Assembly: GCA_051439425.1 (NCBI GenBank)
Contig: JBFRWD010000059.1
Span: forward strand, 1 to 61,014
Source of the DNA: Synechococcus sp.
GTDB taxonomy: Bacteria; Cyanobacteriota; Cyanobacteriia; Thermostichales; PCC-7336
Length of the DNA: 61,014 bases
Direction: 5' to 3'
In this document: piece by piece, positions 50,798 through 59,932 of the stretch
How the letters are laid out: the number at the start of each line of letters is the position of its first letter
Position numbering within the stretch: the first letter of the stretch is position 1
Position numbers and translations under genes: made by a program
The notes under the pieces: model-generated
The model's input: only the letters and a program-made list of their open reading frames with translations
What the model was told of the DNA's origin: nothing
Database searches by the model: none

Positions 50798-51426
50798 GGT
50801 GAGTTCTCCCGTTTTGCAAAGTTTTGAAACAAGCCCCGGCTAATCACCGCACTTAGCGGGGGTGGATTGCCGAATTACGCGGGCATCGTAACACAGCTTC
50901 GGAGCCTTGCTATCTATGGGTGAACAGTCGCTAACAAATTGAGATTCAAGCCCTTTAATTGTTTCAAAATATTTCGAAATGCGTCCCTTTTTCGAGATTC
51001 ACAAAGACGGCCTTCGTCAATAGTAGTAAATACTTATTGGCTGGGCTTGACCACTGGCCAGTTGACGCGAGGGAGTTGATGGCCAGCAGCGGTGGAGGGT
51101 CAAGCTCGCAACCGGCTGCTCTTAGGCTAAGACCTCCGAAAACGCTCCACCTCATAGGGAAGTAAGGGTAGATTTGAGAAATCTGCAGAGTAGTAGAGCA
51201 TCTCTGTGGAGCACTGCTAGCACTCCACAGAGGATTGATTGCATCATTCCGCCCCAGTCAAAGTAAAAAATGCCCCAACTCACTTATATGCAGGCCTTAG
51301 GCTTTATTCGATCCATCAAGTGCATTCGTTTGTACCAGATACTCCGGTCCGCTGGAAGGGAAGACTGAAGAAGAGTTCAAGTGTGCTGGTACCTACATTC
51401 AGACTGGTAGGAGCAAACTAAAATTT

Positions 51427-52122
51427 ATGGCAAAAATACTGCCACAAAATCGAGACAGGTTAATAGAACCTGAACGCGTTCCAGAGGGGTTTTTGCTGCA
51501 TGATCCTGGAGATCGCCTGTCTTGGGGGTCGTCCTCCTTCATCGTTGTCTGGCTTGCCATTTGGTGCGGCATTTCGTTTCCAATGTTTGTCGTTGTTCTC
51601 TCAGCCTTTATGGCCGAGCCAAAAGCAGAAACACTGTTCCCTGTCCTATTTATAAGCATCTTTGTAGCGATCGGCCTGATTGGTCTTGGCTGGGCACTGC
51701 GTTCTCTGTTCGTCATTGCAAAACTTCAACCAGGTGAGATTATTCTGCCGTCTTATCCTCTGCGACTGGGAGAATCACTCAATATCAAGTACCGCCGCCA
51801 GCTGCGTAGTGGTTCAATTTCTCGCAGTGGAAGTATTAGTGCTAAATGGCTGTGTTACGAGTGGGTGCAATATCGTCAGGGAACCAATACGCGAACTGTC
51901 AAACACACGCTTTGGGAAACCGATTTACCCGAACGTTCCGTGTCAGCGGGAACCCGTCGCGTGGAATACGATGCTCAGTTGCAAATTCCTGCACAGCAGC
52001 CCCCTTCCTTTGACGCGGCCCACAACCAGGTGAGGTGGGAGCTACAATTCAAGGCCAAACTACCTGGAATCCCCAAAGATGCCTCCCATTTTCGAGTCAA
52101 AATTCTCCCCGAAATCGTATGA
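51427..52122 (+). CDS. Two-TM protein with arrestin/Spo0M-like C-terminal domain (hypothetical)
   Basis: Two TM helices, then LRLGESL..CYEWVQYRQGT..LQIPAQQPPSFDAAHNQVRWEL. Confidence 0.7.
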   Translation: MAKILPQNRDRLIEPERVPEGFLLHDPGDRLSWGSSSFIVVWLAIWCGISFPMFVVVLSAFMAEPKAETLFPVLFISIFVAIGLIGLGWALRSLFVIAKLQPGEIILPSYPLRLGESLNIKYRRQLRSGSISRSGSISAKWLCYEWVQYRQGTNTRTVKHTLWETDLPERSVSAGTRRVEYDAQLQIPAQQPPSFDAAHNQVRWELQFKAKLPGIPKDASHFRVKILPEIV

Positions 52123-52508
52123 GTGAGATCGCCATTCGTTTAGACCAAACTCAACTCACCATTGGCCAACAGTTGTCAGGTACTGTTAGCTGGAATCCTA
52201 CCGATCGCCATCAGAACGTTAAATCAGCCAGCCTAGAACTACGTTGGCGTACAGAGGGTAGGGGAACCCGCGATTCCGAAGTGGTTTACGAAGAAGAGCT
52301 CGATCTCGATCGCCTAGCCTCGTCCTCATTCAGTCCCATTCCATTTTCTGCTCGTATCCCCGAGGACGGCCCTATCACTTACAACGGTTCGCTAATTCGC
52401 ATTCTGTGGGAAGTAACTGTATCGATCAAAGTTCCAGGGTTGTTTAAACGAGCGCAGAAGGAATCCTGTCTATTGCAAGTAACCCCTCGGCAAGCTCAAT
52501 GGCTGTAA
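52119..52508 (+). CDS. Soluble arrestin-N/Spo0M-like protein (hypothetical)
   Basis: ATGA overlap with previous gene; GQQLSGTVSW..LELRWRTEGRG..PFSARIPEDGPITYNGSLIRILWEV. Confidence 0.7.
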   Translation: MSEIAIRLDQTQLTIGQQLSGTVSWNPTDRHQNVKSASLELRWRTEGRGTRDSEVVYEEELDLDRLASSSFSPIPFSARIPEDGPITYNGSLIRILWEVTVSIKVPGLFKRAQKESCLLQVTPRQAQWL

Positions 52509-53164
52509 CTCCTTTCCCCTGTGCGCGAGTTGCAGACAGGCTCAATCCCTATCTGAAACTGGGGCTGCGGTGCAATCCTTTTATCACTGAGGACATCCCA
52601 GGCGTTCCTGCAGAACTGTGGATCGATCGCGGCTATTCCACCCCACCCTCTCCCAGTCAGCAGCAACTGGTTCAAATAATGGGCGTTGAGGGCGCGGGCA
52701 AAACATCGCATCTCAAACATTGGCAAGCCTGTACAGGGGGGCCGTATTGCTACTATCCACCCGGTTTGGGGGGAGTAAAGTTGCCACCGATTGCGGCAAT
52801 CGCCTATTGGGATGAAGCCAACCGCATTCCCTCACCATTCCAAGTCATCGCATTTGCCCAGGCACGAATAATCGGAGCAACGATTGTTGCGGGCACTCAT
52901 GCCAACCTCGGCTCCCTAGCTAGACGTTGTGGGCTGAGTGTAACGACGATCCACCTACGTCCATTCAATGCTGAGACGTTATTGGATTGGGCTAATCTTC
53001 GTATCAATGCTGTACGGGTACCCAATCAGGATTGCAGCCTAGTTTTACAGCACGACCAAGCTTCTGAATTAGCCAAACAAGCTAACGGCTCTTGGCGAGA
53101 AGTTAGCGACCGCCTGCATATCTGGGCGGCTGAACAAGCCAATATCGCTGTACGAAATGGATAA
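52499..53164 (+). CDS. Small P-loop NTPase (hypothetical)
   Basis: N-terminal NPF, Walker A GVEGAGKT, Walker B-like IAYWDE; overlaps previous gene by 10 bp. Confidence 0.7.
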   Translation: MAVTPFPCARVADRLNPYLKLGLRCNPFITEDIPGVPAELWIDRGYSTPPSPSQQQLVQIMGVEGAGKTSHLKHWQACTGGPYCYYPPGLGGVKLPPIAAIAYWDEANRIPSPFQVIAFAQARIIGATIVAGTHANLGSLARRCGLSVTTIHLRPFNAETLLDWANLRINAVRVPNQDCSLVLQHDQASELAKQANGSWREVSDRLHIWAAEQANIAVRNG

Positions 53165-53185
53165 AGCTCGGGGAGGCAGCACTGT

Positions 53186-53692
53186 TTACTCGGTCTTGAG
53201 TGACTGCAGTTGAGCCTCCAACAACGCAATCCGATCCTTCGTCAAATTTACGAACGAGGTTGCTGTGACAAACGGTGCGAGCGTGCCATTCACCCGAGTA
53301 TGATTCTGCTCCAACGATTCGCGCCTAGAACTGACCCAAGCCCGCTGCTCGTCATGAAACGTCGATCTTTCCTCTGCAGGCAAAGCCTCTTCCAACTTGT
53401 CAGCCAGAACATACAACTTCAGGTCGTAGAGAATTGCGATATTGGCAATCGTCACATTCAAATCCTGCTGAGCAACGAGAGTCGATAGCAGCTCCTCTAG
53501 TTGCTCGATAGGGTAATCCGCAACCGGATTCCAATTTTCATAGGTTGCCACTTGCTCGGAACAATGTCCGATCCCTTCACCGGTATCGTCTGACTGGGAG
53601 AATACCGGCTGGATCGCAGTGTTCCACACCAGCAGGCAAATACTTGCCAAAAGCACAATAACCCATCGACTCTGACTGATTCTATTGCGCAT
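53186..53692 (-). CDS. Secreted LprI (DUF1311)-like protein
   Basis: Signal peptide; EQRAWVSSR..GTLAP..LTKDRIALLE. Confidence 0.6.
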   Translation of the reverse strand: MRNRISQSRWVIVLLASICLLVWNTAIQPVFSQSDDTGEGIGHCSEQVATYENWNPVADYPIEQLEELLSTLVAQQDLNVTIANIAILYDLKLYVLADKLEEALPAEERSTFHDEQRAWVSSRRESLEQNHTRVNGTLAPFVTATSFVNLTKDRIALLEAQLQSLKTE

Positions 53693-53869
53693 AAGCGATC
53701 GGCAACTTCACTACAAAAATTGGTGTGACGAGCGAAGACTTGTGAGCTCGTCACACTCAAAAAGTTACTACGCAACCCATCGAGTTCAAATGCATTGCTT
53801 GTTTCTATCCATGCCACATTTCAATATCGCAATGCCAGAATAGGTCCAAGGTTGAGAGATCGCAGCACT

Positions 53870-54865
53870 ATGGCAACCGATCGCAGACGGACTCGTCGCA
53901 AGTTTCTTGCCACCAGCCTGACAACCGCGCTTGGGGCTTTCGGCTATTCAAAGCTCAGGGGCAAGCGCACGGCATCATCTGCCAATAGCAATCTCCCCGC
54001 AGTTCCGGATTCCTTGGCTATGCCGGAGCGTATATTGGGCGGGACTGGAATTCAGATGCCCATCTTGGGGTTGGGGGGAGCCGGACGAACACCATTGTCC
54101 GATCGCAACCGGGAAGCCGAGGCTCGCGAGCAGATTGAAGCCGCGTTAGAGGTCGGTATCCGCTACTTTGATACAGCCGCCAACTACGGCCCCAGCGAAT
54201 CGTATTTGGGCAAAGTCCTTCCCCAGTTCCGAGGCGAGGTTTTTCTGGCCAGTAAAACAGCAGCGCGCGATCGCGATGGAGCGTGGCGAGATTTGGAGCG
54301 ATCGCTGCAACGGCTCAACACCGACTACCTCGACCTGTGGCAATTTCACCACGTATCGTTTCAACGAGAATTAGACACATTGTTGGGTGCAAACGGAGCC
54401 GCAAAAGCTCTGGAGGAAGCAAAGGAACAAGGGATAGTCCGGTTGAGCGGCATTACCGGTCACCACGAACCGGACGTCATTGCTGAAGGGTTACGACGCT
54501 ATCCATTCGACCACACCCTCATTCCTGTCAATGCCGCCGACCCCCACCATCCCCGACCGTTTATCTCTGGCGTGTTGCCCATCGCACAAGACCGCAATGT
54601 TGCGGTAACCGCCATGAAAGTGCCGGCCTACGGTCGCCTGTTTAAACCAGGAGTGTTGGATGGAATGCACCAGGCACTGGGATACTCTCTTTCCCAACCG
54701 GGAGTTAACTGTGCCGTCATTGCTGCTGAGAGTATAGATCAACTGCGATCGAATGTTCGGGTTGCAGCGGTGTTTCAACCACTGGACGACAGCGCACTAT
54801 CCGCAATCGAGCAACGAACAGCCACCGCCTGGCAAGATACAACGTTTTTTAGAGCTTGGACGTAA
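53870..54865 (+). CDS. Aldo/keto reductase with Tat signal
   Basis: TRRKFL; LGLGG, YFDTAANYG, FLASKT, SLQRLNTDYLDLWQFH. Confidence 0.88.
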   Translation: MATDRRRTRRKFLATSLTTALGAFGYSKLRGKRTASSANSNLPAVPDSLAMPERILGGTGIQMPILGLGGAGRTPLSDRNREAEAREQIEAALEVGIRYFDTAANYGPSESYLGKVLPQFRGEVFLASKTAARDRDGAWRDLERSLQRLNTDYLDLWQFHHVSFQRELDTLLGANGAAKALEEAKEQGIVRLSGITGHHEPDVIAEGLRRYPFDHTLIPVNAADPHHPRPFISGVLPIAQDRNVAVTAMKVPAYGRLFKPGVLDGMHQALGYSLSQPGVNCAVIAAESIDQLRSNVRVAAVFQPLDDSALSAIEQRTATAWQDTTFFRAWT

Positions 54866-54981
54866 TCGTCCTATCCGTTTCGATGCCCTGAATTGTGCCG
54901 ACTACCTCGACTCGTCGTAACCGTGTTAAATCGTGTCAGGCTAGCCAAGTCCCTAGCTGCGACGGAGTTCGATACAACAGC

Positions 54982-56106
54982 ATGCCGGAATACTTTGCTA
55001 CTGTGCCCCGTGGGCTGGAGCCGTTAACTGCAAAGGAATTGAACAAGCTAGGGGCCCAACGAATTCGGGAAGAGTTTTGCGGCGTCGAATTTTGGGGCGA
55101 TCGCGAACTACTGTATCGGGTCAATCTATGGGCGCGTCTGCCGTTCAGAATTTTGCAGGTGCTGAGCAAGTTTCCCAGTCCCGACGCTGATCGCCTTTAC
55201 AAAGGTATTCAAGCAGTAGATTGGCACGACCATCTCCCCCCAGATCGCACCTTTGCTGTGAATGCGACAGGCAAGACCAAAGCCCTCAACCACAGTCATT
55301 ACACAGCCCTACAAGTCAAAAACGCGATTGTGGATTGGCAACGCCAGCAGTTGGGAGAGCGATCGAGCATCGATACCCGCGACCCGGATTTGCGTGTCAA
55401 CATTCACCTCCACCGAGATATTTGTACCCTCAGTCTGGATAGTTCGGGTACCAGCCTGCATCGCCGAGGATATCGTCCGGCAATGGGCAAAGCCCCCCTC
55501 AAGGAAACTCTTGCTGCTGCCTTAATTGAGATGGCTGGCTGGACTCCTGAACTACCATTTTTCGATCCGCTCTGCGGCTCTGGTACCCTGCCACTTGAGG
55601 CTGCGTTAATCGGACTCAACATTGCTCCAGGGAGCTTTCGCGATCGGTTTGGCTTTGAGTCATGGCCGGATTTTGATGGCAAGCTTTGGGGTCGGTTGCT
55701 TAATCAAGCGGCAGACGACGAACACAAGCAGCTTCCGGCATCGATTTTTGGTAGCGATCGCGATCCAGAGATTGTGGACCAAGCAATCGCCAACGCTAAA
55801 TTTAGCGGCCTCAACACCCATATTGAGTTTGCTTGCCGGGAATTGGCAGATGTGGAAGCACCGAGTGATCGTGGAGTCATCATTTGCAATCCTCCCTATG
55901 GGGAACGAATTGGCGTGCGCCGCGAATTTGGAGCCTTTTATAAACTCTTAGGAGACGTTCTGAAACAGCGATTTAAAGGTTGGAAGGCCTACGTATTGAG
56001 CGGGAATAAGGATTTGGCAAAATATATCGGTCTTAAATCCTCCAAACGGATGCCAGTTTCAAATGGGGCAATCGCCTGTCAGTTATTGGAATACGAGTTG
56101 TATTAG
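54982..56106 (+). CDS. THUMP-domain RNA methyltransferase (RlmL N-terminal/UPF0020 type)
   Basis: YFATVPRGLE, SLHRRGYR..APLKETLAAA, DPLCGSGT, NPPYGERI. Confidence 0.9.
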   Translation: MPEYFATVPRGLEPLTAKELNKLGAQRIREEFCGVEFWGDRELLYRVNLWARLPFRILQVLSKFPSPDADRLYKGIQAVDWHDHLPPDRTFAVNATGKTKALNHSHYTALQVKNAIVDWQRQQLGERSSIDTRDPDLRVNIHLHRDICTLSLDSSGTSLHRRGYRPAMGKAPLKETLAAALIEMAGWTPELPFFDPLCGSGTLPLEAALIGLNIAPGSFRDRFGFESWPDFDGKLWGRLLNQAADDEHKQLPASIFGSDRDPEIVDQAIANAKFSGLNTHIEFACRELADVEAPSDRGVIICNPPYGERIGVRREFGAFYKLLGDVLKQRFKGWKAYVLSGNKDLAKYIGLKSSKRMPVSNGAIACQLLEYELY

Positions 56107-56465
56107 TGCTCTGTCAACGTAGAAGTGAGAGTCTAGCGGCTTTCTGGAGCGCATTCTTCGCAGGTCAATGACCTCCCTCATAGCGAGCCTGACAAATTAC
56201 TAAAGTATTGGCCAATCCTGTCAAAGGAGTGACCCAAACAGCCTGTATCAATATCTTTCATGAATAAAACTCATTGCACCCATCCATCCTATTTTTTGAT
56301 CGCCTCTGGCATCCTCGATATCTTGTAATCATGTTCTAAACCAATAGGTACTTCTTACAGTCACAGAACTAAATGGAATCATTCAAGCAACTTATTTCAG
56401 CTCATTTACTAGCTTAAGGGTCTACACGGAAGTCCCTTCAGTTACACACAGTAAGGAGGGTTAGC

Positions 56466-56750
56466 ATGACCAGTCGCGTCCCATTTTCAGATCGAGACAA
56501 GCTAGAATTGGCATTCACTAAACGAGAAATCGTTTGGCGCGAGCTACCGAGTTTAAACGCTATTCTCAAACCTGTTTGGCAGGGAATTGTTTCAATCCTT
56601 GCTCCACTCGACGAACCTCGTATCCGCCAAATGAATGGCATAGATGGCAGTCCCTATTTCCTGACTTACGATCCGGTAACTGGCATGCGACACCGGTTCG
56701 ACTCCGAAGAGTCTCTCCGGGTTTGGCTGGAGCAGCGCTATAGCAAATAG
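56466..56750 (+). CDS. Small conserved cyanobacterial hypothetical protein
   Basis: RBS aaggagg; EPRIRQ..YDPVTG..FDSEESLRVWLEQRY. Confidence 0.75.
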   Translation: MTSRVPFSDRDKLELAFTKREIVWRELPSLNAILKPVWQGIVSILAPLDEPRIRQMNGIDGSPYFLTYDPVTGMRHRFDSEESLRVWLEQRYSK

Positions 56751-56906
56751 CAGCGCAGTCTCAGTCGTTGAACCTTCACCACATGGTGACAATTTTCCCT
56801 GTAAGGAAACCGAGCTGCAGTAATATGCAGCTCTTTTCTATGGCAATTGCAGAAGTGCAAGGCAAATTAGCTTGCACTGAATGGCCAGAACACCACAAAT
56901 TGCTCT

Positions 56907-57374
56907 CTACCCTTTATTCGATATATCTTGGCTAGACTTACGCACAAGCCAGTAACTCAGAGATAGAGCCGCAATGGCTGCCGCCAGGCCAACCAGCTTG
57001 AGGGCAGGTGTATTAGGAAAGTCCAAAATGATGATTTTCCGAGAAATCGCAATCAATGCAGTAGCAAGCACCAGCTCCACCTGCAACACGCTGCGTCTCA
57101 AATAAACCGCAATATTCTCCAATAACTCCATCGCAATCAGCACATCTAAAATCAAACCGAAAATGATAATTAACTCGGTTCTAAATGCACCAAATGGGGA
57201 GCGAAATAACTCTACAGCAATCGTCCAGGCCAGGTTAGCAGTTGCAGAAATGACCACCACAACCACAATCAATGCCAATACTCGGCTCACGCCAAGTTCT
57301 AGAGTTTCTAGAGCATAGAGAAAGCTTTCTGCTTCTAACTGTTTACTGATCCATCGCGCCCACTTCTGTGCCAT
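56907..57374 (-). CDS. PsiE-family membrane protein
   Basis: IFGLILDVLIAMELLENIAVYL..VELVLATALIAISRKIIILD. Confidence 0.85.
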   Translation of the reverse strand: MAQKWARWISKQLEAESFLYALETLELGVSRVLALIVVVVVISATANLAWTIAVELFRSPFGAFRTELIIIFGLILDVLIAMELLENIAVYLRRSVLQVELVLATALIAISRKIIILDFPNTPALKLVGLAAAIAALSLSYWLVRKSSQDISNKG

Positions 57375-57504
57375 GCGATGACTCCTCAATTGCGATCGCT
57401 CTTGAATCCCGTTCAGCCGCCCCAAACGACAGACTGAAAGTTGTGTGATGAGAATTAATGCCTTTTTCAGCCGCTAGTAAAGCCCTATCTGCGCTCGTCC
57501 TCTC

Positions 57505-57816
57505 TTAAGACTGTTCGTCTGATTGCCAAGTCGCGATCACTCGCAACCGATCTGGAATGGCAACATCCAGGGGAAACTCTAGCTGTGTTTCATGCAATCC
57601 CAAATATCCCGACTCTGCAAACGATAACAACATCCGCTGCAGCGCTATCCACACATCTGCCTCAAACTCCCAATGATTGTTGCGAGGGGCATATCCGGCG
57701 ATCGACTTCAATGCCCAGAAGTAACTGTTGCGCACAACACTTCCCTGGCGTTTGTATTCCGGCACATCGTCTCCATGAATCACGAGCAGAGTGTCATCAA
57801 CCAACCAAGCTCTCAT
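57505..57816 (-). CDS. Conserved hypothetical protein
   Basis: Protein-like ORF: DVPEYK..SVVRNSYFWALKSIA..WEFE..SFAESGYLG. Confidence 0.7.
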   Translation of the reverse strand: MRAWLVDDTLLVIHGDDVPEYKRQGSVVRNSYFWALKSIAGYAPRNNHWEFEADVWIALQRMLLSFAESGYLGLHETQLEFPLDVAIPDRLRVIATWQSDEQS

Positions 57817-58071
57817 AAACCCCTTAACGTCTTGAAAAACGAATGCACTGAAGAAATACCGCAACAGCTCACCTGCTCAGGCGCTGTCAAAGGTCAATAT
57901 TCATCACAGCTCGCGCGACAATCCAACCAATCATCGCTCTCCTACACAACTATCACCAGCCTACAGCGCGTCCAATCAGTCGACAGCCCCTTATCAGATG
58001 TCAACCAAACAACAGCCCGCCTAGCCTTTTTTGAATAGGGTTACACGATTCAAGCCTTATTGAACCTCGTC

Positions 58072-58729
58072 ATGAGTGTCCAATCTACGGGCAACCCACA
58101 CGCCAAGAACCGCCAGCATGGAAGTAGACGACCGGGGGCCGGGCGTCCCAGAGGAACGGGGTCTCGGTTTAGCGAATCCACCGTTGTCAAACGCATTCCA
58201 ATCAGCAAAGTGGGTGATGTCGATCACCTGATTTCAAACCCTCACCCCATCTCGCAAGAGCGGTCTTCTCCAGCCCCAATCTCGACAACCATGAGTGTAA
58301 CGATCTCAACAATTTGTTCAGCAGCCCTCTGTCCTAAACGACAGGAGCGCCCCATATTTACATCGCGGGTGCCGGCTGGATTCCCCTCTCCAGCTGACGA
58401 CTACATCGATATGCATCTTGGATTTAAATGACTACCTCATCGACAGCCCTGCGGCTACGAACCACATTCAAGTCAGGGGCGACTCAATGATTGATGAGGG
58501 CATCGTGGACGGAGACATCCTGGTGGTCAACCGCTCGCTGGAGGCAATTCATCGAGGGAGCGTGGTGGAAATTATAGATGGAGAGCCCACGGTTAAGCGG
58601 TTACATCTGGAGCTCTTGAATATCCAGTTGCGGCCCGAGAATACTGACTATCCCACCATTCATATCTCTGAAGAACAGGATTTGCAGATTTCTGGAGGAG
58701 GTGTGACAGGGGTTGTTCGCAAACTTTGA
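58072..58729 (+). pseudogene. umuD: Frameshifted UmuD/RumA-type S24 peptidase
   Basis: First frame: RRPGAGRP..RVPAGFPSPADDYID; second frame: LDLNDYLI..VRGDSM..TVKRL; one extra base near 58417; no umuC follows. Confidence 0.85.
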
Positions 58730-58981
58730 GCAAGACTAGTCCGGAATTTCGGGCATCATCTTCTGGCAGTAACCGTTCAGGGTGCGCGCTCTCGGGGACA
58801 GCAACTTCTTCAGTTGGTGCTTTTGTTGAAGCAACGCTACGGCGAGGGGATATGAAGGTGTCACCAAACAGCCTCCACTTGAGGAGAGAAACTGGAGGGA
58901 AGCCCCTGAAATACCCGAACAATTGATGTCAAATCAGGGCTTGTAATGCTCTCTGTATGTGCTACTATCATCAAGCATTGA

Positions 58982-59053
58982 GGGCGATTAGCTCAGCGGT
59001 AGAGCGCCTGCCTTACAAGCAGGATGCCACTGGTTCAAATCCAGTATCGCCCA
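58982..59053 (+). tRNA. trnV: tRNA-Val(TAC)
   Basis: GGGCGATTAGCTCAGCGGTAGAGCGCCTGCC-TTACAA-GCAGGATGCCACTGGTTCAAATCCAGTATCGCCCA cloverleaf. Confidence 0.97.
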
Positions 59054-59261
59054 TTACAAGCAGCTAATGCTTCACTAGAGTGATGTTCCGCATCGTCGCT
59101 TATTCCTAAGAAAAAAGCTGTGCTGCGAATATTTGAGCAATAGGTGCAGTCAATACCTTGGCTGCTCAGAAGATGGCAAAGTTGAACGTCTCACTTGGGG
59201 ATTTCCTGGAGCACGAGAAGAACTCCAACCCAAATGAGCAACATAAGAAACAGACTGAAAA

Positions 59262-59333
59262 CTCCCCGGGTAAGATTCGAACTTACGGCCAATCGATTAA
59301 CAGTCGACCGCTCTACCGCTGAGCTACCGAGGA
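59262..59333 (-). tRNA. trnN: tRNA-Asn(GTT)
   Basis: Reverse complement TCCTCGGTAGCTCAGCGGTAGAGCGGTCGACTGTTAATCGATTGGCCGTAAGTTCGAATCTTACCCGGGGAG. Confidence 0.97.
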
Positions 59334-59863
59334 TTGCGTTGCTTAGCTTAGCAGCCACGCTACCAAAACTGCAACATATTCGCGAGCCATATCTATGCTG
59401 AAAGCAAACGTGTCTCGCAGATGTAAGGTTACACGCCAGCCATCCCAAAATTCAACTGCTTTGGCAAAAAAGTTTTAGGCGTCCACATCTGCAACAGTCG
59501 GGCCATCGACTCTGACACGGACCAAGCTAACTGTCAGCAAGATGAAAGAGCCAAAGATACGGCCTAACTGAATGGCCTGCCAGGCCCTCAGGACGTGCAA
59601 CTTCTGTATTGATAACGTTAGCAAGCTTATGGAGGAGCGGGTCCTCCTTCAGTCCGACAGAACGCTTGCAGGTTGACTTGGGTCACAAGAGATCGCGCGA
59701 ACACGCAGAGATCGGTCGGATTTACATTCCGTAAACAAAGCATCAGATACCGAAGAACATTCAACCTTTTGATTTAAGGGGGCTAGTCAAATTCTTTATC
59801 TCGAAAACTCTCAGAAAATCTTTGAAAGCCGTGAGCAACAAGGAAAATTCATCCAGAAAGAGC

Positions 59864-59892
59864 TTGACCAAACTTTACGCAAGTGTTACCTT
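59864..59892 (+). promoter_or_regulatory. Putative sigma70-type psbA promoter
   Basis: TTGACC-17 bp-TACCTT with TG extended -10; RBS ggag before ATG 59933. Confidence 0.55.
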
Positions 59893-59932
59893 CCGTAATG
59901 TAATCCATTAATTATTCTTCGGAGTAATCCAA

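Larger units (their letters stand above)
413..57398. repeat. HIP1 octamer (GCGATCGC) scattered through the window
   Basis: Many copies, e.g. near 413, 1631, 3389, 3728, 5040, 7803, 14481, 17505, 23104, 57392; none seen in psbA. Confidence 0.9.

Noticed and set aside
56855..56878. GTGCAAG-N9-CTTGCAC as a fourth TetR operator
   Set aside because: Spacing differs from the desC palindrome; better explained as a terminator hairpin between convergent genes
58593..58926. Short ORFs after umuD, checked as a possible umuC remnant
   Set aside because: No Y-family polymerase motifs (e.g. DxxxFY, SIDE) recognised
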